A stretch of 64,000 nt of DNA. Source: Phycisphaerales bacterium. GTDB taxonomy: Bacteria; Planctomycetota; Phycisphaerae; Phycisphaerales; UBA1924. A model generated the notes under the pieces. The model had not been told where the DNA came from. It worked only from the letters and a program-made list of their open reading frames with translations, and made no database searches. Numbering within the stretch: position 1 is the first letter of the stretch; each line of letters opens with the position of its first letter. The position numbers and the translations under genes were made by a program. This document shows positions 47,674 to 57,241 of this stretch, piece by piece. The stretch lies in assembly GCA_029260375.1 (NCBI GenBank), contig JAJDDI010000009.1:34275-98274 (forward strand). The letters run 5' to 3'.

Positions 47674-48728
47674 TCGACGCGCTGACGTCAATCGACCGCT
47701 TTGCCTGGCCCTGGGCCTTTGCGGCACTGGCGCTGCTGCCCGTGCTGTCGCTGCTGTGGATGCGCCGATCACACCGCCCCAGCGCCCTGTATTCGGCGAC
47801 GCAGCACGCGCGCCGGGCAGCCCCCTCGCTGCGCGTGCGCCTGGCGTGGCTGCCCGCGGCGCTGCGTCTGCTGTGCCTCTCGCTGCTGATCACGGCGCTG
47901 GCCCGCCCGCAATCCAGCGACGACCGGACCAAGAGCACCACCGAGGGGATCGCGCTGCAGCTCGTGCTGGACCGCTCGGGCTCGATGGAGGAAGAGGAAA
48001 CGATCATCGACGGGCAGCGCGTGGACCGGCTCGAGGCCGCCAAGGCCGTGCTCGCGGAGTTTGTGGGTGGGAACGGCGATGACCTGGAGGGGCGTGAGGG
48101 CGACCTGATCGGGCTGATCGCGTTCGGGTCGTACGCCGACACGATCACGCCCCTGGCGCGGGAGCACGGACCCCTGCTGGAGCTGCTGGCGCAGATCGAG
48201 GCGCCCCTGATCCGCGAGGAGCGGGGTACGGCGATCGGCGACGCGATCGCGCTTGCCACCGCCAGACTCAAGCGGGCCGAGGACGAGCTGGCCCGCCGGC
48301 AGGCCGACGAGGGCAATGACGCGTTCGAGCTCAAGAGCAAGGCGGTTGTTCTGCTCACCGACGGGGAGAACACGGCGGGCACGGAAGACCCCCGCGCCGC
48401 GGCGGCGCTGGCGAAGGAGCTGGGGGTCCGGATCTACTGCATCGGCATCCGCGGCGGGGTGCGCCGGATGTTCATGCAGATGCAGCAGATCGACGAGGGG
48501 CTGCTGACGGATATCGCCGAGGCGACAGGCGGGCGGTTCTGGGCCGTGGACTCGGGGGACCAGCTCCGCGAGATCTACCGCGAGATCGACTCGCTCGAGA
48601 AGACGACCATCCAGCTCGACGAGCTGACGGACTACCGCGAGCGGTTCACACCCTGGGCTTTGGGCGCGCTCGCATGCCTCTGCCTGGAGACACTGCTGAG
48701 CGCCACGTGGCTGAGGAGGCTGCCGTGA
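47670..48728 (+). CDS. VWA-domain membrane protein, BatA-like
   Basis: N-terminal FAWPWAFAALALLPVLSLLWMRR. VWA MIDAS LVLDRSGSM. GTGA overlap with the upstream gene. Confidence 0.85.
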   Translation: MIDALTSIDRFAWPWAFAALALLPVLSLLWMRRSHRPSALYSATQHARRAAPSLRVRLAWLPAALRLLCLSLLITALARPQSSDDRTKSTTEGIALQLVLDRSGSMEEEETIIDGQRVDRLEAAKAVLAEFVGGNGDDLEGREGDLIGLIAFGSYADTITPLAREHGPLLELLAQIEAPLIREERGTAIGDAIALATARLKRAEDELARRQADEGNDAFELKSKAVVLLTDGENTAGTEDPRAAAALAKELGVRIYCIGIRGGVRRMFMQMQQIDEGLLTDIAEATGGRFWAVDSGDQLREIYREIDSLEKTTIQLDELTDYRERFTPWALGALACLCLETLLSATWLRRLP

Positions 48729-49789
48729 TGCTCGCGAACTTGTCCATACCCGCGCTGGATCAGTTCAACCTCGGCGCCCCGGTGTGGCTGCACGCGCTGT
48801 GGATCGCGCCGGTGCTCATGCTCATGCTCTCGATGTCGTTCCTCCGGACGCGGCGTTTGCTCACGAGGCTGGCCGACCCGGTCATGCTCGCGAGGCTCAC
48901 GTCGAGCGTGAGCTGGCCCCGGCGCTGGGTCAAGGCGGTGCTGCTGAGCCTGGGCGCGGGCGCACTGGCGCTGACGCTCACCCAGCCCCAGTGGGGCGAG
49001 CAGAGCCGATCGGTCGAGCGGCGCGGGCGCGACATCGTCTTCGTGGTTGACGTCTCCCGGTCGATGCTCGCCCAGGACCTGGCGCCCAACCGGCTCGAGC
49101 GGGCCAAGGTCTGGATGAAGGACCTGGTCAACGCGCTCGACGGGGACCGGGCGGGCGTCGTCGCCTTCGCGGGCGCCCCGGTCGTCCGCAGCCCCCTGAC
49201 AATGGACCGAGACTTCCTGTCGCTGGCGATCGACGAGCTCTCGCCCGACGCGGCGCCCCGGGGGGGCACGCTGATCGGCGACGCGATCCGCAAGACCATC
49301 AGCCAGGTCTTTGCGCTCGACCCGGATAAGGACGTCAACGACGCACGCTCGCCCTACCGGGACATCATCCTGATCACCGACGGTGAGGACCAGGACTCGT
49401 TCCCGGTCGAGGCGGCGCGAGCCGCGGGGGACCTGGGCGTTCGGATCATCGCGATCGGGATCGGCGGCAGCGGCGCCCCGGTGCCCGCGCGCGAGGACGA
49501 GGGCGGGCGGTACCAGACCTCAGAGGGTCACGTCGTGCGCACGAGCCTGAACGCGGAGGCGTTGGGCGAGATCGCCGCGGCGTCGGACGCGGGCGTGTTT
49601 CTCAATGTCGGCGATGGGACGATCTCGCTCGACGAGGTGTACAAGGATCTGATCTCCAGCGCCGAGCAGACCGACCAGGGCGTGTCGGAGTTCACGCGGT
49701 TCACGGACCGGTTCGTATGGACGCTGATCCCCGCGATCGTGCTGCTGGTGGTCGAGTCGCTGATCGGGCAGAGGAGGCGGAGGCGATGA
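48728..49789 (+). CDS. VWA-domain membrane protein, BatB-like
   Basis: Start at ATG 48728 overlapping the upstream stop. FVVDVSRSM MIDAS. C-terminal TM. Confidence 0.85.
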   Translation: MLANLSIPALDQFNLGAPVWLHALWIAPVLMLMLSMSFLRTRRLLTRLADPVMLARLTSSVSWPRRWVKAVLLSLGAGALALTLTQPQWGEQSRSVERRGRDIVFVVDVSRSMLAQDLAPNRLERAKVWMKDLVNALDGDRAGVVAFAGAPVVRSPLTMDRDFLSLAIDELSPDAAPRGGTLIGDAIRKTISQVFALDPDKDVNDARSPYRDIILITDGEDQDSFPVEAARAAGDLGVRIIAIGIGGSGAPVPAREDEGGRYQTSEGHVVRTSLNAEALGEIAAASDAGVFLNVGDGTISLDEVYKDLISSAEQTDQGVSEFTRFTDRFVWTLIPAIVLLVVESLIGQRRRRR

Positions 49790-50862
49790 TCGCGATCGTG
49801 TTGCTCTCGAGCGTGTTTGTGATCCAGTCCGCCTCGGCGCCGGGCGAAGGGGTGGGCGCGCAGGCGCCCGGCGCCCAGGAGATCGAGACGCTCTCAGCCC
49901 GCCAGGGCGTGGTGAGGGCGGGCGAGCTGCTCGAGGCCGGCCTGCGTGAGCCGGCGCTCGAGTTGTACCGGCGCGCGGACCTGATCGCGACCGATCCGGC
50001 GGTGCGGTCCGTCGCCCGGTTCAACCTCGCCCACACGCTCTACGACGGGGCGCTCGGCGCCCAGATCCAGCAGGCGGATCCGCCCGCGAGCCCGGAGCAG
50101 ATCATCGAATCGCTCCGCCAGAGCGAGCGAGCATTCCGCTCCTGCCTCGACATCGATCCGGGAGACATGGAGGCGGCCAGGAACGTCGAGCGGGTCCGGC
50201 GCCAGATCAAGGCGATCCAGGACACCGTCGAGCAGGCCAAGCGGCAGCAGGAGCAGCAGCAACAGCAGATGAACGACGCGGCGGAGCAGTTGGAAGATCT
50301 TGCCGACCAGCAGGAGCAGGAGAGCCAACAGAACGCGTCGCAGCAGGATCAGGCGCCGCAGCAATCGAGCGAGCAATCGCGGGCGGATCAGAGCCAGCTC
50401 AGCGAGCAGGCGCAGCGGCAGCTTGAGCAGCTCCGCGAGCAGGCAGAGCAGGCGGGCGACTCGGAGCAGGCGCGAGCGATGCAGGACGCGATCGAGAAGC
50501 TCCAGCAGGCGCGCGAGCAGCAGCGGCTGGCGAGCGAGTCTCTAACAGAGGGCGAGCAGGAATCGGCGAGCGAGCCGCAGAAGTCCGCGGCTGAGCAGCT
50601 GCGCGAGGCGGCCCAGCGCCTTCGGGAGGGCGCCCAGCAGGCTGGCGAGCAAGGTGAAGAGGGCAAGCAGGGCCAAGAGGGACAGGAGGGCGAGCCTTCT
50701 GAGCAGCAAGACGGCGAGCCTCTGGACAGCGCCGAGCCCGCGGACCCGACGGAGCAACGCGTGCAGGACCTGCTCGATAAGGAATCGATCCAGCGAGAGC
50801 TGCGGGATCGGAGGAGGCGGGCGCTGCTGCCCCGTCCTGTACCGGTGGAGAGAGACTGGTGA
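49786..50862 (+). CDS. BatC-like TPR protein with long Gln/Glu-rich low-complexity region
   Basis: Start at ATG 49786 (ATGA overlap). Signal/TM MIAIVLLSSVFVIQSASA. TPR-like N-part, then QQEQQQQQMNDAAEQLEDLADQQEQESQQ... for about 180 aa. Confidence 0.65.
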   Translation: MIAIVLLSSVFVIQSASAPGEGVGAQAPGAQEIETLSARQGVVRAGELLEAGLREPALELYRRADLIATDPAVRSVARFNLAHTLYDGALGAQIQQADPPASPEQIIESLRQSERAFRSCLDIDPGDMEAARNVERVRRQIKAIQDTVEQAKRQQEQQQQQMNDAAEQLEDLADQQEQESQQNASQQDQAPQQSSEQSRADQSQLSEQAQRQLEQLREQAEQAGDSEQARAMQDAIEKLQQAREQQRLASESLTEGEQESASEPQKSAAEQLREAAQRLREGAQQAGEQGEEGKQGQEGQEGEPSEQQDGEPLDSAEPADPTEQRVQDLLDKESIQRELRDRRRRALLPRPVPVERDW

Positions 50863-52631
50863 ACCCGAAACGCTACATGTTTACGACCGCGTTGCTCGTG
50901 CTGCTCGCCCTCGGTCTGCCGTCGTACGCGCAGGCTCAGGATGAGGTCAGCGTGAGCGCGTCGGTGCGAAAGAACCGGATCTACATGGGCGATGAGCTGC
51001 TCGTCGAGGTGCTCGTTGAGGGCGCGGACAGCCCCCGCCAGCCGTCGGAGCCGAACGTTGAGGGCGCCTCGATGCGCTTGCTGGGCGGGAGCAACGTAAG
51101 CCGCAGCTTCACGATGATCGTCAATGGACGGCGCACCGAGCGGAGCACGAAGGGGTACACCTTCCAGTACTCGTTGACCCCGACGCGCCCGGGGCGGATC
51201 GTGATCCCCTCGATCGAGGTCGGGGTGGACGGGCGCACGTACCGGACGGAGCCGATCCTGATCGAGGCGATCGAGCCGCAGACCGATAACGAGTTCGCGC
51301 TCGAGATCGCGATCGACGAGGACCGGGTGTACGTGGGGCAGCCCGTGCGGGCGCGGGTGACGTGGTTCATCGCCGCGGCGGTCAACGAGTTCTCGTTCCT
51401 GGCCTCACCGATCCCGGAGGGCGTCGATGTGCACCTGCCCTCCGCCGGGCAGACGGGCAGCCGGACGATCGACTTTGAGCTGTTCGGCAGGCGGATCTCC
51501 GCGGTCCAGACCCGCGCACGACGCGGCAGTGTGGACTACCCCGTCCTGACCTTCGACATCACGCTCATCCCGCGTGAGACGGGGCGGCTGACCGTCGGCC
51601 CGATGAACGTTGTCTTCAGCCGACGGGACGCGATGCGTGTGCAGCGCCGCCAGTGCATCTCCAACGCGGTGGAGTTGAACGTGCTCCCGCTGCCAATCGA
51701 CGGGCGCCCGTCGGACTTTGATGGGCTTGTTGGCGTGTACGACATCCGCGCGCAGGCGTCACCCACGAGCGTCGCCGTCGGCGATCCGATCGAGCTGAGC
51801 GTGACGATCTCCGGTCCCGAGCCGCTCACACGGATTGACGCACCAGACCTCGAACTCGACGCGGGGTTCAGCGAGTCGTTCAAGCCCTCGCCCGATGGCT
51901 GGCGGCGTCAGCCGGCTTCGGCGCCCGGGTACCGACGCTTCACCACGACCATCCGCGCGCGGTCAGACAGCGTGACCGAGATCCCTCCCATCCGCCTGCC
52001 CTACTTCGACGCGCGCACGGGCGAGTACAGCGAGGCGCTGAGCGAGGCGATCGAGCTCGAGGTCCGCCCGGTGCGCCAGGTCACCGCGGCCGACGCGATC
52101 ACGGGACCTGGACGCGCTGCCCCCTCGCTGACGCGTTCGCTCGATCGGGCGCCGGGCGGGATCTGGGCGCTCGAGACCGATCCCGAGCGGCTGCTGAGCG
52201 CCGACGGGTTCGATCTTGTCGAACTGGCGAAGTCTCCGGTCACCATCGGCGCAGTGGGCGGCCCCCCGGCAATCTATGCGGGGGTGGTCGTCGCCGGCTT
52301 CGTCCGAAAGCGCCGGGACCCGGTGGGCGTCCGTCGGCGGCGGGCGATCTCGCACGCGCGGCGCGTGTACCGCTCGCGCGGCGCCGCCGAGAGCGTGCGC
52401 ACGTTCACGGGCGCTCTGCTCGACTGCCCCAGTTCTAGCGTGACGGGTCGGGACTGCCTGGACCTGACCCCGAACCCCACCGACGACACGCGTCTGCTCG
52501 CCCGTACATTGTCGCTGGCGGAGGCCGGGCGGTTCGGGTCCGGGGAGGCGGCGGGCGAACCCGGCCGGGGCGAGCTGCTGGCGGCGATGCGCCGCATCGA
52601 CCGGGCCTTTGACGCAAGGAGCGAGCGATGA
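50859..52631 (+). CDS. BatD-like (oxygen-tolerance family) protein
   Basis: GTGA overlap. Signal peptide, then repeated Ig-like BatD segments (RIYMGDELLVEVLVEG..., GRIVIPSIEVGVDGRTYRTEPILIEA). C-terminal TM. Confidence 0.8.
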   Translation: MNPKRYMFTTALLVLLALGLPSYAQAQDEVSVSASVRKNRIYMGDELLVEVLVEGADSPRQPSEPNVEGASMRLLGGSNVSRSFTMIVNGRRTERSTKGYTFQYSLTPTRPGRIVIPSIEVGVDGRTYRTEPILIEAIEPQTDNEFALEIAIDEDRVYVGQPVRARVTWFIAAAVNEFSFLASPIPEGVDVHLPSAGQTGSRTIDFELFGRRISAVQTRARRGSVDYPVLTFDITLIPRETGRLTVGPMNVVFSRRDAMRVQRRQCISNAVELNVLPLPIDGRPSDFDGLVGVYDIRAQASPTSVAVGDPIELSVTISGPEPLTRIDAPDLELDAGFSESFKPSPDGWRRQPASAPGYRRFTTTIRARSDSVTEIPPIRLPYFDARTGEYSEALSEAIELEVRPVRQVTAADAITGPGRAAPSLTRSLDRAPGGIWALETDPERLLSADGFDLVELAKSPVTIGAVGGPPAIYAGVVVAGFVRKRRDPVGVRRRRAISHARRVYRSRGAAESVRTFTGALLDCPSSSVTGRDCLDLTPNPTDDTRLLARTLSLAEAGRFGSGEAAGEPGRGELLAAMRRIDRAFDARSER

Positions 52632-53446
52632 TCCGTGTGCTGATCGTCGCCCTGTGCCTGCTCTTTACCGTGCCCGGGGTCGCCCGGGGCGAGACCCCCA
52701 CCGAGCTTGCGACGCGCGCGGGGGAGCTGGTGCGCACGGCGATAGAGATCCGGGGCGACGACCCGGACCGGAGCGATGCGCTGCTGCGGGAAGCCGTCGG
52801 GCTGTACCGGCTGGTGGAGCAGACCGACGAATCGCACAACGCCGCCCTTGAGCGCACACTGGGCGGCGCCAGCCTGATGCTCGGAGACACCGGGCGGGCG
52901 GTCTTGCACCTGCGCCGATCGCAGCGTCTGGACCCGACCGACGCCCGGACCCGCGAGACGCTCAAGCACGCGCGAGACCAGGTCCGTTCCGGGGTGGCCC
53001 CCAGCGCCGGCTCTCGCCTGCGAGAGGTCGCGCTGTGGTGGCGTGGGCGCGTGCCCCGCTCGGTCGTGCTCTACGGATCCCTGATCGCGTGGGGCGGCGC
53101 GTGGACGCTGGCCATCGCCCGGCGTGTGCGCCGCTGGGAACGTGGCGGGATCGCGATCGGCATTCTGATCGCCGGCGCCCTCGTTGGCGGCGGGACGCTC
53201 GCGAGCGAGCGGCTGCTTGACCGGGCAAGCCGCGAGGCGGTGCTCGTTGAGGACGGCGTGATGGCGCGCAACGGGCCGTCTGCGGACGTCTACCCCCCCA
53301 CGTTCACCGAGCCCATGCGCGCGGGCGTCGAGCTTGTCGTGCTCGAGCGGCGCGAGGGCTGGGCCCGGGTCCGCCTGGCGAACGAGCAGGAGACGTGGCT
53401 GCCCGAGACGTCGATCGAGATGGTCACGCCAGAAACGGCGTCCTGA
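52628..53446 (+). CDS. BatE-like TPR + two TM + SH3b protein
   Basis: ATGA overlap. TPR-like region, two TM segments, and C-terminal GVELVVLERREGWARVRLANEQETWLPETSIEMV (SH3b-like). Confidence 0.65.
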   Translation: MIRVLIVALCLLFTVPGVARGETPTELATRAGELVRTAIEIRGDDPDRSDALLREAVGLYRLVEQTDESHNAALERTLGGASLMLGDTGRAVLHLRRSQRLDPTDARTRETLKHARDQVRSGVAPSAGSRLREVALWWRGRVPRSVVLYGSLIAWGGAWTLAIARRVRRWERGGIAIGILIAGALVGGGTLASERLLDRASREAVLVEDGVMARNGPSADVYPPTFTEPMRAGVELVVLERREGWARVRLANEQETWLPETSIEMVTPETAS

Positions 53447-53449
53447 GCC

Positions 53450-55177
53450 CTACTCCGTGTCGAGCCGGAGCTCGGTCTCGATGTCCGCGGCCTTCTCCGC
53501 CTTCAGGCGGACCGTCACGCGATCGCCCCGGGCGCCCTCGACATAGAACCGGTGGATGACGCTGCTGCGTCCGCCGACGCCCGAGGCGAGCTGCACGCGG
53601 CCCGGCTCGTGGCGTGCCTCGCTGATGGTCTTGTCACGCCAGTTGGCGAGCGAGCCCGAGGCGACGACCTCGGCGCCTTCGAGCGTGATCAGGTCGTTGG
53701 TCCCGATCCCGCGCCGGGCGGTGATGGCCGTGCGAGTTGGGATGAGCTTGTCGTTGCGGACCTCGACGGTCACGCTCCAGAGGGCGCCGCCCTCGTGCTT
53801 GACCTCGACGCGCTCGAAGCTGAGCACGGGCATCTGGTCGGCGTGGAACATGGTGAAGGCGAAGTTGCGGTGGCACTCTTCTTCGAGCATGAAGGTGGGC
53901 GTGTTGCGCGACGAGTACTTGTTGAGCCCGCCGATGAGGACCTTGCCGTGCTCGGGATGGTCGTACTCGGTGAGCTGCTTGTAGGCCTGCCCGAACTGGA
54001 GCTTGTCGCGGAAGGTCCACATCTGCTCGTCGGAAGGACGCTCGTTGTCGCGCTGGAAGTACTTTCCGGCGGTCCACAGCTCGTTGGTGAAGCTGATGAT
54101 GCCCAGGGTCTCGCCGGCCCAGGTGGCCTCGCCGCCGTGCACGTCGTAGAGGTCTTTGTGGATGATGAGGTAGTTGTAGTACGGGAGGAGCTGCTCGCCG
54201 AGGCGCCCGATCTCGTCGTACACGCGCTGGTCCTGCTGGGGGTAGCGGGACGAGAGGTACGACGCGCCGGGGCCGCGCAGGATCATGCCGCCCGAGTTGT
54301 GGTAGCTCTGGTACGCGGCGATGTTGGGGTGGTCATACACCCACGTCCCGATCGCGCGGGTCTCGGGGTTGGAGAAGGGGTAGGTCCCGGCGCCGTACTG
54401 GATGTAGTTGGGCTTCCAGTCGCCGGGCCAGTTGCGATTCATGTCATCGCCGCCGGGTCCGTCCTCGTTGGTGCGCCCGTCACCGTCGTTGTCGATGCCT
54501 TCCTGTCCCAGGCGGGTCCAATCGCCCTTCTCGTCGGCGGCGACGCGGGTGAAGATGCGGGGGTCGTCGCGGTCGCGCCGCCAGCGCCCGTCGGGGTCCT
54601 CCATCCACATCTGCGTGATGGAGCCGTCGCCGTCGAGGTCGTCGGGACCGTCCTCGTCAACCAGCCCGTCGCGGTCGTTGTCCACGGGGCGCTGGTTCCA
54701 GCGTGGGTAGTGCGGCGTGCCCTCCTTCGCGAAGAAGAACGCGCGCGAGTCGGGGTTCACACACGGAAGCATGTAGAAGGAATACGTGTCGAGGAGTTTG
54801 GTGAGGTCCTCGTTGACGCCGTAGGCCTTGGTGAGGTACCAGATGGAATAGAGGACGGTCTCGGCGCCCTGGATCTCGTTGGCGTGGATGTTGCCGTCGA
54901 TCCACATCGCGGGCTTGGACTCGTGGGGACCCGTCTTCTTGCTGTTGATGATGGCCAGCCACATGTCGCGCCCCTGCCCGCTCTTGCCGATGGAACGGAG
55001 CTCGATCAGGTCGGGGTACGCCGCGGCGAGGTCCTTGAGGTGGCCCTCAAGCTCTGCGAAGGTGCTGTAGCGGTTGAACGGGATCTCGACCTTGCCCGGG
55101 ATGTGGTCCTGGGCGAGGGAGGGCGCGGTCATGAACGCGGCAAGGCCCGCGATGATCAGGTTGCGTATGTGCTGCAT
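53450..55177 (-). CDS. M14-family zinc carboxypeptidase-like secreted protein with Asp-rich Ca-binding-type loops
   Basis: Signal MQHIRNLIIAGLAAFMTAPSLAQD. HxxE zinc motif WIDGNIHANEIQG. DNDRDGLVDEDGPDDLDGDG and DNDGDGRTNEDGPGGDD. Confidence 0.8.
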   Translation of the reverse strand: MQHIRNLIIAGLAAFMTAPSLAQDHIPGKVEIPFNRYSTFAELEGHLKDLAAAYPDLIELRSIGKSGQGRDMWLAIINSKKTGPHESKPAMWIDGNIHANEIQGAETVLYSIWYLTKAYGVNEDLTKLLDTYSFYMLPCVNPDSRAFFFAKEGTPHYPRWNQRPVDNDRDGLVDEDGPDDLDGDGSITQMWMEDPDGRWRRDRDDPRIFTRVAADEKGDWTRLGQEGIDNDGDGRTNEDGPGGDDMNRNWPGDWKPNYIQYGAGTYPFSNPETRAIGTWVYDHPNIAAYQSYHNSGGMILRGPGASYLSSRYPQQDQRVYDEIGRLGEQLLPYYNYLIIHKDLYDVHGGEATWAGETLGIISFTNELWTAGKYFQRDNERPSDEQMWTFRDKLQFGQAYKQLTEYDHPEHGKVLIGGLNKYSSRNTPTFMLEEECHRNFAFTMFHADQMPVLSFERVEVKHEGGALWSVTVEVRNDKLIPTRTAITARRGIGTNDLITLEGAEVVASGSLANWRDKTISEARHEPGRVQLASGVGGRSSVIHRFYVEGARGDRVTVRLKAEKAADIETELRLDTE

Positions 55178-55178
55178 A

Positions 55179-57137
55179 TCAACGCCCCTCCTTCAGCTCG
55201 ACGCGACCGGATCGGTCGCCGAACACGCCGGTGCGTGTGGTTACGTTGATGGTCTGGCCCAATTCGGCTCTGATGATCCACTCGCAGTCGGCGTGCCCGC
55301 CCGAGCCTTCGATGGTCCAGAACTGGTGGTGGCGGGGGCCAGAGACGATGGTGTCCGGCTCGACGTCGATGGATATGACGACGGGCGCCGTGCGCCGAGC
55401 CTTGGCGCCCATGGCGCTGCGCGTGGGCAGGAAGCCCGGGTTCGTCGCCCGGACGCGGACGCGCCACAGGCCCTGGCCCAGACGCTCGGCCTCGGGCTCG
55501 GACACGCTCAGGCTCGGCAGCTTGGCGAGCAGTGCCGAGACGAACTCGGCCTGTTGTTCCACGAGCGGTTCGAGCTCAGACGCTGGGGGGTTGACGCGGA
55601 AGCCCGGGGCGAAGCCCCCCACCTCGACCCTGCCCAGTTGCGGGTGGTCGATCTCGACCCAGTCGACGAAACCTTCGCCGTCGCGCTCTTCGTCCGAATA
55701 CTGGAGCCATGCGAGTTCGTCCTTGTCGCCTTTGCTCTTGTCTTCCTTCTTGTCCTTGGTCTCGGCGTCGGGCTTGGCGCCCTCGGGCGTTGGCATTCCG
55801 GGGTCCTCGCCGCCCTGGGCGATGGCCATGACCCGGTTGCGCACGTCGTCGGGCAGCTGGCTCATCTGCTCCATGCGGCTGGCCTGCTCGTCTGGGGAGA
55901 GCGACTCGAATCCGGCCATCATCTCGCCCCGGTCCTCTTCGCTGGCGGTCAGGAACTCCACGATGAACTCGGGCACGCCCTGTTCGCGGAGGATTGCGGC
56001 CTCGTCCGGCGCCCGGGGCTCGGTGGGCTCCGCATCGGCCTTGGCGTCACCCTCCTCCTTGTCCCCGTCTCCGTCATTCTTGACCTGATCGGGACGCACC
56101 CAGACGGGCGTCGAGAAGGACCAGACCCCGAAATCGGTGTAGAGGTAGCTCACGAGCGAGCCGTCGGTCTCGCCCGCGGGCGCTTCCTTCATGCCCGTGA
56201 TGTCGGTGAACGCCTTGCCGATGGCCTTGTGCATCGGTTCGTCGCCCTTCTCAAGCCCCTCGGGCATGCGCCCGGACGGGTCGAACTTGCCCACGGCGGG
56301 CGCCTTGACGAGGTTGTCGTGCGGCCCGTACACGAGAGCGGCAACGATGTTGTCGTGCTTCAGGAGCCAGTCGATGATGGCGCGGGTCTCGGGCTCGCTG
56401 GTGGTGTAGAGCCCGCCGCCGTCGGCGTGCTCGTCGTAGTGGCTGGGGAAGTTCATGTCGAGGTTGACGCCGCCTCCGGCGCTGCCGCCGGGGCCGTCCT
56501 CGTTGAAAGCGCCGTCGTTGTCGTTGTCGATGCCCTCGATGAGCATCGCGTGGGTGGCGACCTCGCCGTCCTCGCCCTTGGGCTTGCGCATCAGGCGGGG
56601 TTCGACGTCGTCGATCACCCACTCCGCCGTCAGGCCCGACGAGGGCGAGGGGTTGGCGATGCGCATCATCGTGATGAGCCCGTCGGCGTTGAGGTCGTCG
56701 GCGCCGTCCTCGTCGATCCGTCCGTCGTGGTCCGCGTCACCCGGCGTTCGCGTGCGTCCGAACTCCATCGACGGGGTTCCGCCGAGCCAGCCCGACGCGT
56801 CCGGGCTCAGCTCGTGGATCACGTAGAGGGTGTGCGTCTCGAGCAGCCCGCGGTGGTCGCTCAGGATCCTACCGGTGACGGCGCCGGCCGCGTCGCGTCC
56901 GATCGCGTGCTGCCCCTGCACACCCGCAACGAGCAGCAGTGCGGGGCGTTGGTCGCGCGATCGCCCGAGGGCATCGGCGCCGGGCTTGCCGAGCGTGGTC
57001 ACCTCAATGGCGCGCCCGCTCCGGCTCGTGCCGATTGTGGAACGCTCGGACCAGTCCTGGGCGGTCGCGGGCAGCGTGAGCATCGTCGCCGCCGTGAGGG
57101 CGGCCAGCGAGGGCGCCCCTCTCTTGAATCTCATCAT
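55179..57137 (-). CDS. M14-like paralog with degenerate zinc motif (HAIG instead of HxxE) and an acidic insertion
   Basis: Start moved to ATG 57137 (MMRFKRGAPSLAALTAATMLTLPATAQD signal). LLLVAGVQGQHAIGRD aligns with IDGNIHANEIQG of the neighbour. DADHDGRIDEDGADDLNADG. Lies 1 nt upstream of the next gene. Confidence 0.7.
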   Translation of the reverse strand: MMRFKRGAPSLAALTAATMLTLPATAQDWSERSTIGTSRSGRAIEVTTLGKPGADALGRSRDQRPALLLVAGVQGQHAIGRDAAGAVTGRILSDHRGLLETHTLYVIHELSPDASGWLGGTPSMEFGRTRTPGDADHDGRIDEDGADDLNADGLITMMRIANPSPSSGLTAEWVIDDVEPRLMRKPKGEDGEVATHAMLIEGIDNDNDGAFNEDGPGGSAGGGVNLDMNFPSHYDEHADGGGLYTTSEPETRAIIDWLLKHDNIVAALVYGPHDNLVKAPAVGKFDPSGRMPEGLEKGDEPMHKAIGKAFTDITGMKEAPAGETDGSLVSYLYTDFGVWSFSTPVWVRPDQVKNDGDGDKEEGDAKADAEPTEPRAPDEAAILREQGVPEFIVEFLTASEEDRGEMMAGFESLSPDEQASRMEQMSQLPDDVRNRVMAIAQGGEDPGMPTPEGAKPDAETKDKKEDKSKGDKDELAWLQYSDEERDGEGFVDWVEIDHPQLGRVEVGGFAPGFRVNPPASELEPLVEQQAEFVSALLAKLPSLSVSEPEAERLGQGLWRVRVRATNPGFLPTRSAMGAKARRTAPVVISIDVEPDTIVSGPRHHQFWTIEGSGGHADCEWIIRAELGQTINVTTRTGVFGDRSGRVELKEGR

Positions 57138-57241
57138 CGGTGGTCGCCTCTCGGGCTGGGTCTGAACTCGCCGGCGGGGTCGTCCGCTCGAAGCCCCGGC
57201 CGGGTCAGCCAAGATAGCGACCCTCCGGCGGAGTCTGGCGT

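Noticed and set aside
50230-50770. Repetitive cag/gag-rich DNA, and the ggtgattccgg repeats at 18080-18160, considered as possible CRISPR or tandem-repeat arrays.
   Set aside because: Both are in-frame coding low-complexity regions: the Q/E-rich BatC-like segment and the G/S/D-rich ClpX N-terminus. Neither has a repeat-spacer organisation.
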